Of a stretch of 64,000 nucleotides of DNA, positions 54,255 to 64,000 are shown one piece after another (the stretch's first letter is position 1; each line of letters opens with the position of its first letter). Under the pieces are notes generated by a model that was given only the letters and a program-made list of their open reading frames with translations, ran no database searches and had not been told where the DNA came from. Position numbers and translations under genes: made by a program. Source of the DNA: Octopus sinensis (lineage: Eukaryota); the NCBI RefSeq assembly GCF_006345805.1, contig NC_042997.1, positions 11,594,001-11,658,000 of the forward strand. Direction: 5' to 3'.

Positions 54255-54834
54255 CTCTAGGCATAAGTCCCGAAATTTTGGGGGCAGTGGGGCCAGTCGA
54301 TTAAATCGACTCCAGTAACAACTGGTACTTAATCTATCGACCCCGAAAGGATGAAAGGCAAAGCCAATCTCGGCGGAATTTGAACTCGGAACGTAAAAAC
54401 AGAAGAAATACCGCTAAGCATTTCGCCCAGCGTGCTGATGTTTCTTATTTCTTTGTTGCCCACAAGGGGCTAAACATAGAGGGGACAAACAAGGACAGAC
54501 AAACAGATTAAGTCGATTACATCGACCCCAGTGCGTAACTGGTACTTAATTTATCGACCGCGAAAGGATGACAGGCAAAGTTGACCTCGGCGGAATGTGA
54601 ACTCAGAACGTAACGGCAGACGAATTACCTATTTCTTTACTACCTACAAGGGGCTAAACACCGAGAGGACAAACAAGGACAGACAAAAGGATTAAATCTA
54701 TTATATCGACTCCAGTGCGTAACTGGTACTTATTTAATCGAGCCCGAAAGGATGAAAGGCAAAGTCAACTTCGGCGGAATTTGATCTCAGAACGTAAAGA
54801 CAGACAAAATACCGCTAAGCATTTCGCCCACGTG
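54255..54834 (-). mobile_element. Trimeric array of SINE family 2
   Basis: Three repeats of ttcgtctg..ttacgttctgagttcaaattccgcc..gcctttcatcctttcgg..aagtaccag. The central domain resembles the Meta-domain of MetaSINEs (from memory, unverified). Confidence 0.8.
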
Positions 54835-54984
54835 TTAAAAGTGTTTCATTGCTAGGAGTTTCTTGTTCGTTCGTTTGTGGTTGCTTGAAGAAAGTGTACG
54901 TACATATCTCCATGTATATACGAGGTACATTCCAGAGAGTTTCATACTTTTTTTGGAGAGACAGTTATATGTCCTCTATTCTCG

Positions 54985-55290
54985 TAGGCGCATGGCTTAT
55001 TGGTTAGGGTATTCGACTCACGTTCGATTTATGTCGGCGTGTTGTGTTCTTGAGCAAGGCACTTTATTTTACGCTGCTCCTGTCCACTCAGCTGGCAAAA
55101 TTAACTTGTACCTGTAATTCAAATGGCAAGCCTTCTCACATTCTGTGTTATGATGAATGTCTCTGAGAATTACGTTATGGGTACGCGTGTCTGTGGAGTG
55201 CTCAGCTACTTGCACGTTAATTTCACGTGCAGGCTATTCCGTTGATCGGATCAACTGGAATCCTTGTCGTCGTAATCGACAGAGTGCCAG
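54985..55290 (+). mobile_element. tRNA-derived SINE (family 4)
   Basis: ggcgcatggcttattggttagggt head, tgtgttcttgagcaaggcactt core-like block, and tail gtggagtgctcagctacttgcacg...gacagagtgcca. Confidence 0.65.
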
Positions 55291-55665
55291 TTGTTGTAAT
55301 TGTAGTTTATCCTTGTTATACATGTAATAAGCTGACCTGCCAACTTTTGTTTTTCCAGATTCAAGGAGGCTGCTGTAACTTCACTTTGAACGCATCCTAC
55401 AAAACACCGCTTGTCACAGCTGATTAGTTTGCAGAATGCAGTCGGGGCGTGAAGACAATTTGGTAGTTCGTTGTGAAATAAAATTGTCTGTTAAACTGGA
55501 CAAAAAGGCTACAGGAAATTATCGACTTTTTCACTTGTACAAGAGGATCAAGGACGATAGAGAAGAGGTGAGAGATGATGCGAGGTGTAGGAGCGAGAGG
55601 GACGTCAGAATATCAGACCTGATTTAGAAAATTCGGTATTTTCTGGATGAAGAGTGTTGTTCGTC

Positions 55666-57137
55666 TAGTTAGTTAGTTAGTTAGTTAGTTAGTTAATTTG
55701 GTTCAAAAGCAAATAGCAAGGCCATGTAGGGGGACATGGAGTTAAGTACAGGGTGGTGTTCATGTAAAGAGTTCAGGCCACTTGAGGTCCAGGGAGGCTT
55801 TGAACAAAGCGGTCGTCGGCATCTTCACCATCTCGTCTGGCAGCTTGTTCCACGGATCCGCAACCCGGACGGAGAAAGCTCCTCTCCTTCGATTGAGATG
55901 AAATCGTCGCAGGTAGAGCTTTTCGGAATGACCCCGCAGCCGACGCTCTGGAAGCAGGAGTGAAGAACAGCTCTTTCGAGAGGTTACACTTTCCGCTTAT
56001 GATGTTGTGGGCGAGAATGAGATCACCACGGCGGCGGCGTTTTTCAAGAGAATAAAGGTCGAGCGTCCTCAGCCTTTCTTCGTAGGACAAATTTTTGAGA
56101 CCTGAACCATGCGGGTAGCCAGCTTCTGGACTCTTTCGAGATGCTGTATGTCTTTGAGGAGATAAGGAGAAGAGGCTTGAATCCCATACTCCAATATGGG
56201 TTCACCAGCGTGACATAGAGTGGTAGGAATATGGCTGCTGTGAGCATTCCGAATGACCGTCGAATCAAGAACAGAATTCCGCGTGCTTTGTTGGCAGCAT
56301 GGACGCACTGGCCGAAGGCGAAAAGGAGGAATCCACCAAGATACCCAGGTCCTTTACCTGATCGGTCCTCTCCAGCAGCAGACGACCCGGCTCGAAATCA
56401 AGTTGAGTTGCAGGAGTAGAGCCGACAGGAGATGACAGCACTTTGACACGTTCAGACACAGGTCCCAATCGTTAGACCACTTCCAAATTTGGTGGAGGCA
56501 TCGACGAAGATCCTCTATATACCGCGAGGAGTGACCAGTTTGATATCGTCGGCAAATAGAAGGGTGTGTTGCGTGAGGTCGTCGGGCAAGTCATTTATGA
56601 AGACTAAGAACAACAAGGGCCCAAGCACTTAACCTTGAGGCACGCCACTGCTCGCACTGGAGACGTCGGACCGCGAACCATTAACTTGGACTTGGAAGGA
56701 GCGATCTGAGAGGAAGGCACCAACCCATCGTATAATATCCGGATGGAAACTATATGCTTGAAGCTTGACAAGTAATAGGCGGTGGTTTACCGAGTCAAAA
56801 GCTTTGGCAAAGTCCAATAAAACGATGTCAACAGCATCACTATCATCGAGGATGCGCGTCACCAATTCTTCCATTACTAGTAAGTTGGTCAAGCATGATC
56901 TCTTCGGCACGAAGCCGTGTTGGGAATCAGAGATAGAGGCTGTGTTTAGGAGGTGGAGCATCATACTTTTCTTAAGGATGGTTTCGAACATCTTGCTGAT
57001 TATTGATGTAAGGGAAACCGGTCGGTAGTTAAGCGGGTCTTCGCGGCTCCCTTTCTTGAAAATTGGGCAGATTATCGCTGTTCTCCAGTCTGCAGGTATA
57101 ACACCCAAGCGTTCAGAGTTGAGTTGGTGCAGCAACT
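55666..57137 (-). mobile_element. CR1-group LINE, 5'-truncated, RT pseudogene with (TAAC)n tail
   Basis: NYRPVSLTS, QHGFVPKRSC, LLDFAKAFDSV, SGVPQG* then LLFADD. Stop at 56629 and downstream frameshifts. Confidence 0.92.
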
Positions 57138-57239
57138 GTACACAGACTTATTCACGAAGATTTTAAAATGCGTAAAATTTGTGCAAAGTTCGCTTTCAGA
57201 GCGCTTAGTGACGAGCATTCTGGTAACGATCTACTTGAC

Positions 57240-57658
57240 GGAGGCGGCGAGCTGGCAGAAACGTTAGCACGCTGGGCGAAATGCTCAGCGGTATTTCGTC
57301 TGCCGTTACGTTCTGAGTTCAAATTCCGCCGAGGTCGACTTTGCCTTTCATCCTTTCGGGCTCGATTAAATAAGTACCAGTTACGCACTGAGGTCGAAAT
57401 AATCGACTTAATCTGTATGTCTGTCCTTGTTTGTTCTCTCTGTGTTTAGCCCCTTGTGGGTAGTAAAGAAATAGGTATTTCGACTGCCGTTACGTTCTGA
57501 GTTCAAATTCCGCAAAGGTGGACTTTGTCTTTCATCCTTTCGGGGTCGATAAATTAAGTACCAGTTACGCACTGGGGTCGATGTAATCGACTTAATCCCT
57601 TTGTCTGTCCTTGTTCGTCCCCTCTATATTTGGCCTCCCTGTGGGCAATAAAGAAATA
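57240..57658 (+). mobile_element. Dimeric SINE family 2 with 12-bp target-site duplication
   Basis: GATCTACTTGAC at 57228-57239 and 57659-57670. A full unit followed by a headless second unit. Confidence 0.9.
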
Positions 57659-58005
57659 GATCTACTTGACAGAGATAGGCATTAAAACTGTTCCTCACCT
57701 TCCCTGCAGTCCAGACTTTGCTCCTTTTGATTTTTGATTGTTCCCTGAAGGAGGAAGCTCTGACAAGGGCTCCAAACACCTTCAGAGGACATAAATGAAT
57801 TTAATGAGACATTCACGAAGTGGGTATCAGAGGGTTCTACTTTGAAGGAGATTTGAGTTTTGAAGTACTTTGAAATCAATAAATGTCTTTCCTGAAAAAA
57901 GTTCTACACTGCACCTTGCACACACGGACACACATACGTGTTCAACATGTCTGTTCCGTTCGAGCGAAATTTACTACGACATTTTAATCCCAAGAGGACA
58001 TCGGC

Positions 58006-58239
58006 TCTAGCTGGTTAACGATGCACAGCTACGTCCGATATATTACGAGCAGGGGAACGAACACTTACCATTTTCTAGCGTGGTAGAAATCTCTAACAGA
58101 CGAGGTGTCCAGTACTGAAAAGAGGTAGAAATAGCCCGAAACCACACTGGTATGCTGGTCCCATCGCTAGAAGGTGGTAGGGGTATGTTCCCCTACTTGC
58201 AATTTATCGAATGCAGCTGTGCATTGTCGACCAGCTAGA
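58006..58239. mobile_element. Small element with ~25-bp imperfect TIRs and an internal decayed hammerhead
   Basis: tctagctggttaacgatgcacagct versus agctgtgcattgtcgaccagctaga. Confidence 0.5.
58109..58158 (+). ncRNA. Decayed hammerhead motif (G8 to A)
   Basis: ccagta CTGAAAA gaggtagaaatagccc GAA acca-cac-tggt A^ tgctgg. Confidence 0.45.
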
Positions 58240-58389
58240 AGAGATGATACATTTATATACTCTACGGATACATTGGAATTCCTGTAGAAAGAGCATTTCA
58301 AATGAATGCTAACATCAGGCAGACAATAATTGTTGACAATCTTCTCGTACCATACTACACAGTTTTTGCCAAAATCTCATATAACTATA

Positions 58390-58428
<39 letters not shown>

Positions 58429-58497
58429 ATCTCTTAAGCACCAAAAGCTCAAATATTTTCTCCTCTGTCTTCCTCCTTGGGATCTTTCCTTCCCCTT

Positions 58498-58532
58498 GTT
58501 TCCGACGAAGAGCTCCGCTCGAAACGTTAAAC
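58498..58532 (+). ncRNA. Variant hammerhead motif (U4 to C, extra A)
   Basis: gttt CCGACGA A gagc-tcc-gctc GAA acgt T aaac. Confidence 0.4.
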
Positions 58533-58818
58533 CCTCCTTCCCTTCTTTCCTGAGCGTCAATTACTCTTTAATTGTTCCACGTCCTGCGTTGCTGTGTTTT
58601 TTTCTCTTTTTTTCTCTTTTTTTCTGTGTTTTCTTGTTTGGATTAACTATATATATATATAATATATAATATATATATATTACGGAGATGTACTCGCATA
58701 GCAAGTAATTTGATCTGAGATTGTGTGCTGAAACGAAAACAATTGCAGCGTGGAAGGTGTTTATAAGCCATTTAAGAAACACAAAAGCCGTTCGATTCAC
58801 TTCAACATTTAAGTTTAA

Positions 58819-58868
58819 TTTGTCAAAATATTTTCGTCGCTAAAATCCACGACCTGTTCACTGACAAA
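58819..58868 (-). ncRNA. Variant hammerhead with G3-C8 core swap
   Basis: Minus strand reads UUUGUCA GUGAACA G GUCG..CGAC GAA AAUAUU U^ UGACAAA, with a 7-bp stem I. Confidence 0.5.
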
Positions 58869-58896
58869 AATCCGTGCTGCATCTCACGGTATATAT

Positions 58897-58945
<49 letters not shown>

Positions 58946-58964
58946 TATATATATATACACATAC

Positions 58965-58995
<31 letters not shown>

Positions 58996-59155
58996 ATATG
59001 ATTATATATGTATAATCATGCACACGCACAAGCACACATACACATACATATATATATATATATTATATATATATTTACATATATACATGCATATATATAT
59101 ATACATATGTACATACATACATACATATATGCATACATACATACATACATACATA

Positions 59156-60166
59156 TATGGAAAGCAAAGTTGGATAAAGAACTTGAGTGACTTCAACACA
59201 ACCCGAGCATTCTATAGGGGATTAGTGGAGGGGAGGTACGACGACGATCTTGGGGCAAACCTGGGCGTCGACAAGGAATACCTGACCCGCCTGTTTGAGA
59301 CGACTTTCGCGCCGGGACCCATGGACAACTTCCAGAGATCTCTGGCCTGGCAGTGCTACCGAGAAGTGCTACCCGTTCGGGATAAGCTCTATAGGCATGG
59401 CTCAAGAAACATGGGGCCGACCTGCCCGAGATGCGTTCAGAGCGACGAAACCGTTCTGCACGCAATCGTGCAGTGACCAAAAATCTCCGACCTGTGGGCT
59501 TATATCGAACGACTGCTGTCACGTGTGGGACGTGTCAGTTTATCAGCCGAGTCTATCGTTTATATCGTCACACCTCCTTCCTTCAAACGGGAAGGAAGAG
59601 CTATTTTTATCATATTTGTGGCTATGGTGAAAGAGGACGCGCCTGAAAGGATTAGAGACAAACACTTTCCTCTCTGGTCAATTTCTCATCAACTTCTTCA
59701 AGTATCACTTGAAAAGGATAGTGAGAGTAGAGAGGCAAGTTTTGTCTAGCGAATGTTTTAAAAAAAGATGGATGAATGTAGCAAGGATGGCACGTATGAA
59801 TGACGAAGCCAGCTTGACTATGATCCTATGAACCGTAAAAATTAATATAACATGTGACTTCATTGACCGAGGTTACCGTGGTCTTTTCCGTAGGCTTTTC
59901 TTTCCACGGGTAAACCTCACTTGTCCCCCCCTTTACACTTTATATTGACATTTCTGTGATAACGATCCCTATTGATCGATTTTTTCTTTTTCCATTTATT
60001 TTTATTCTCCTCTCCCCCCACCTTTTTTTTTGCTTTCCTCTTTCTTTCCTTTTACGATCCCTTTTGATCGAAAAACAAAACCCCCTTTTTTTATCCCCAA
60101 AAAGAAAAGCTCTACCTTGTAATTTGTCTCGTCTGTGTGCAGCCCTTTGTGGTTGATAAAGAAACA

Positions 60167-60251
<85 letters not shown>

Positions 60252-60709
60252 GGGTGAATGTAGCAAGGATGGCACGTATGAATGACGAAGCCACCTTGAC
60301 TATGATTCTATGAACCGTAAAAATTAATACAGAGAGTTGCTTATTTGAAAAAAAAAATAAAAGAAAGAAATATAACATGTGACTTCATTGACCGAGGTTA
60401 TCGTGGTCTTTTCCGTAGGCTTTCTTTCCACGGGTAAACCTCACCTGTCCTCCCCTTTACACTTCATATTGACATTTCTGTGATTACGATCCCTATTGAT
60501 CAACCTTTTTTTCCTCTCCTCTCCCCTTTCCTTTTTTTTATTTCCCCTCCCCCCCTTTTTTTAAAATCCTCCCCTTTTTTTGTCCTCTTTCTTTCCTTTT
60601 ACGATCCCTTTTGATCGAAAACCAGCCCCCTTTTTTTACCCCCAAAAGAAAAGCTCTACCTTGTAATTTGTTCTGTCTGTTGCAGCCCTGTGTGGCTAAT
60701 AAAGAAACA

Positions 60710-60803
<94 letters not shown>

Positions 60804-60868
60804 CCTACCTACCTACCTACCTACCTACCTATCTACCTACCTACCTACCTACCTACCTACCTACCTAC

Positions 60869-60915
<47 letters not shown>
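59156..60915 (+). mobile_element. Head-to-tail stack of two 5'-truncated Tx1 copies (59156-60165, 60251-60708) with (TCTA)n tails
   Basis: Similar to 7770-8938 and 8453-8938. The first copy encodes [17 protein letters not shown]...CPRC. Confidence 0.92.
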
Positions 60916-60916
<1 letters not shown>

Positions 60917-60950
60917 ATATATCTAGATAGCTAGCTATCTATTTATATAC

Positions 60951-61115
60951 AGGCGCAGAAATGGGTGTGTGGTGAGAAATTTGCTTCTCAACCACATGTT
61001 TCCGGGTTCAGTCCCACAGCATGGCACCTTGGGCAAGTATCTTCTACTATAACCTCGGGCCGATCAAAGTGTTGTAAGTGGATTTCGTAGACGGAAACTG
61101 ATAGCAGCCCGTCGT
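60951..61115 (+). mobile_element. SINE family 1, 5' portion
   Basis: aggcgcagaaatgggtgtgtggtgag...ggcaccttgggcaagt. Confidence 0.8.
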
Positions 61116-61146
61116 ATATATCTTCTAATATTTATAAAATTGAAGT

Positions 61147-61183
<37 letters not shown>

Positions 61184-61199
61184 TTGTGTGTGAGTAAGT

Positions 61200-61720
61200 G
61201 TGTGTACAAACATTTAATGTACGTCAATAACTTTGACATCTTTCATCCAATTTCTTTAAAATTTTATACACAGCTGCTTCATATCCCAGCCTCGAATATA
61301 GCTTACTTAATTTTTAAAAAAATCGATATTGGGGCCTCTAGAACGATGAGGAACCAAAAATAGATGATTCTTAATCATTTGAATTAATCAGCTGTTTTAT
61401 AATCTGTAGGGACTTCCATACTTTTTCAATCTTTTTATAAAAATGAAAGGATTTTGTGTATTTATTTATTTCCACTCTCCACCAGCGACGGTGATTAGAC
61501 TGAATAAGAACTCTGAACGCATACATTTCCACAATTCTCAACCAATTTTCACCAAACTTTACGCACACATTTCTTATGTCCCAAGAATAGTTATGCACTA
61601 AACATCTTGCCCAGAGCCCCCGCATAAATGGACCTATATGGATATAGCTTTTTGTATGTAGGGTCTTCCATACTTTTTAAATCTTTTTAGAGATGTGAAA
61701 GGATTTTGTCTATTTCGACC
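61200..61720. repeat. Unclassified interspersed repeat with ~57-bp internal direct repeat
   Basis: gtaggg.cttccatacttttt.aatcttttta...aaaggattttgt.tattt at ~61407 and ~61659. Confidence 0.45.
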
Positions 61721-61740
61721 TTCCACATGCCACGGTACAC

Positions 61741-62175
61741 TGTATGCGGCCATGCTGGGGCACTGCATAAAAGGGTTTTAGTCGACCAAATCGACCCCAG
61801 GACTTATTTTTTTAAAGCCTAGTACTAAATCTATCGGTCTCTTTTTGCCGAACCGCTAATATACGCGGACATAACACACCAACACCAGTTGACAAGCGGT
61901 GATGGGGGACAAAAACAGCCACAAACAAACAAACACACACACATACAGAGGCACATTCACGTGATTCAGGGTTCAGTCTCACTGCGTGGCACCTTGGGCA
62001 AGTCTCTTCTACTATATATGACAGGCTTCTTTCTGTTTCCATCTACCAAATGCACTCACGTGGTTTTGGTCAACCCGAGGTTATAGCAGAAGACACTTGC
62101 CCAAGGTGCCATGCAGTGGGACTGAACCCTGAACCACGTGGCTGGGAAGCAAGCTTCTTACCACACAGCCACGCC
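61741..62175 (-). mobile_element. SINE family 1 with an internal opposite-orientation head fragment
   Basis: Tail at 61741-61900, plus-strand fragment gggttcagtctcactgcgtggcaccttgggcaagt at ~61968-62010, head ending ccacacagccacgcc. Confidence 0.75.
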
Positions 62176-62344
62176 TTTCCAGAGCATGTTTTTGCATACC
62201 TATGTATGCCTATGAATCTGTCATTCTTCGCAAATATACCCCTGTTAATGAGTAGGTATATTGTTCGTGCGTATTTATGTGTTCGAGTGTGTTTATGCGA
62301 ATATTTCCTTGTGTATGTAAGCACGTATATTCAGACGTACGTAC

Positions 62345-62540
62345 GTATGTATGTATGTATGTATGTATGTATGTATGTATGTATGTATGTATGTATGTAT
62401 GTATGTATGTATGTATGTATGCATGTATGTATGTATGTATGTATGTAAGCAAGTATGTATGTATGTATGTATGTATGTATGTATGTACGCATGTACGCAT
62501 GTATGTATGTATTATATATGTATGTAAGTATGTATGTATT
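62345..62540. repeat. (GTAT)n microsatellite
   Basis: Tetranucleotide run. Confidence 0.9.
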
Positions 62541-63199
62541 TATGAATATGTGTATCTATGTAGCGTATGTAAATTGATATCGTATCACGCGCATGCGCGT
62601 GTGCTTGTGCTTGTGATTATATCATGGAGTTGTTGAAGTTGATGTTAACTGTTAAAGGAAACGTAAACATCCCCTGCTTACAGCCAAAACACATACATAT
62701 AAACACGCATATACATACACACACACACATATACATACACACACGAAGGTACTTACATATACACACAAGCACACATTTTCAAAGAAAAGACGGAGAAAAG
62801 CAAAAAAGGGAAGATATAATAACAAAGGGGGAAGAAGAATAAAAGTAAACAATAATCAATAAAAGAAAATATAAAATGCGACGGAAGCAAAGATATAAGC
62901 AAAAAATATTAAAAAAAATTAAATACTGTCTCACATAGTAAAATTAAACAAAACGTAAAACAATAATAAAAAAAATAGAAGCAAACAAAAGGATGCTCTC
63001 TAAAATGTTTTTGAGAAAGCACATAGATCGGCACATATACACACATGCACACACGCACACACACACATACAGATACATACACACACATAGGCACATACAA
63101 ATAAATACATATGCATAAGCACTTACATATAATGACAGAGAGACAGACAGACGGCGACAGACACTTACATACGCAAAGAGAATTCACTGTCCTATATAC

Positions 63200-63209
63200 T
63201 ATATATATA

Positions 63210-63248
<39 letters not shown>

Positions 63249-63801
63249 TATATATATATATATATATATTTACATTATATCATATTATATATATATATAA
63301 TATATATATATATATGTATATATGTATATATATATATAATATATATATATATATCTATATTATATAATATATATATATATGTATAATATATACATGTATA
63401 TATATGCTATAGATATGCACTCATAGATGGAGACAAAAGACTACAAGTAATTTAGTCAGGAATTATAGGAGTTAACAAGATCAGTTCAAAGAATTGTGTG
63501 AGATGACAGGGTGTGTGTGTGTATTGTGTATGTGGTGTGGAGTGTGTATGTGTTTGGGAATAGGTGAAACCTTAGAGCACTTCTTGTCAATGTGTGTGTG
63601 TGTGTGTGCATGTGCTTATATATATACCCAACACACGCATACATACAATACATATATTTGTATATGTATATTATAAAGATATATACTTATATGTATGTAT
63701 ATGCATTTACACATGAGAATATATATATATATATATTATATGTATGTATATCTTAATATTTGAGAGATAATACACATATACACGCACATATATGTCACCA
63801 T

Positions 63802-63852
<51 letters not shown>

Positions 63853-63874
63853 CTCTATCTATCTATCTATCTCT

Positions 63875-63947
<73 letters not shown>

Positions 63948-64000
63948 GCGTGTATATGTATCTGTGTATGTGTGTGTATATATATATACATATGATGATA
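63200..64000. repeat. (AT)n, (GT)n, (TCTA)n and (TC)n tracts
   Basis: Low-complexity end of the window. TCTA run at ~63805-63870. Confidence 0.85.

Larger units (their letters stand above)
54919..57919 (+). mobile_element. Old mariner relic split by nested insertions
   Basis: TA-CGAGG TIR-like left end. N-terminal MQSGRED..IKL.VKLDKKAT / RIKDDREEVRDD at 55436-55627, IHEDFKMRKICAKF at 57150, and PHLPCSPDFAPFDF..YFEGD at 57690-57855. Confidence 0.7.

Noticed and set aside
55325-55465. Strong 3' splice acceptor (ctgac..ttttgtttttccag) suggesting a host exon
   Set aside because: All three frames hit stops within ~70 nt, and the segment lies just upstream of the old mariner transposase start, so it is more likely transposon leader.

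Overview
AT-rich, microsatellite-dense eukaryotic DNA with no recognisable host protein-coding exon, rRNA, true tRNA gene or CRISPR array. The tRNA-derived SINE families resemble those known from Octopus, so a cephalopod origin is inferred, not proven. The window is almost entirely mobile DNA: a near-complete Tx1/L1-clade LINE plus four 5'-truncated copies, two CR1-group LINE families, decayed Penelope-like (PLE) RT/GIY-YIG sequence, three mariner relics, a Helitron fragment, MITEs and many SINEs. Three things stand out. (1) About 17 type-I hammerhead ribozyme (HHR) motifs from about 8 repeat families are present. They include a ~548-bp tandem array with one minimal palindromic-stem-III HHR per unit (retrozyme/circRNA-like), two foldback elements with an HHR in each arm, and a G3-C8 core-swap variant. 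(2) The Tx1 family ends in (TCTA)n and sits inside (TCTA)n arrays, stacking head-to-tail, which suggests a GATA-microsatellite-targeting and -seeding retrotransposon. (3) Two LINE-SINE 3'-tail partnerships are visible within the window. All alignments and RNA folds were read by eye, and boundaries are approximate to a few bases unless a junction is quoted. Some 1-bp frameshifts and the array inversion could be long-read assembly errors.
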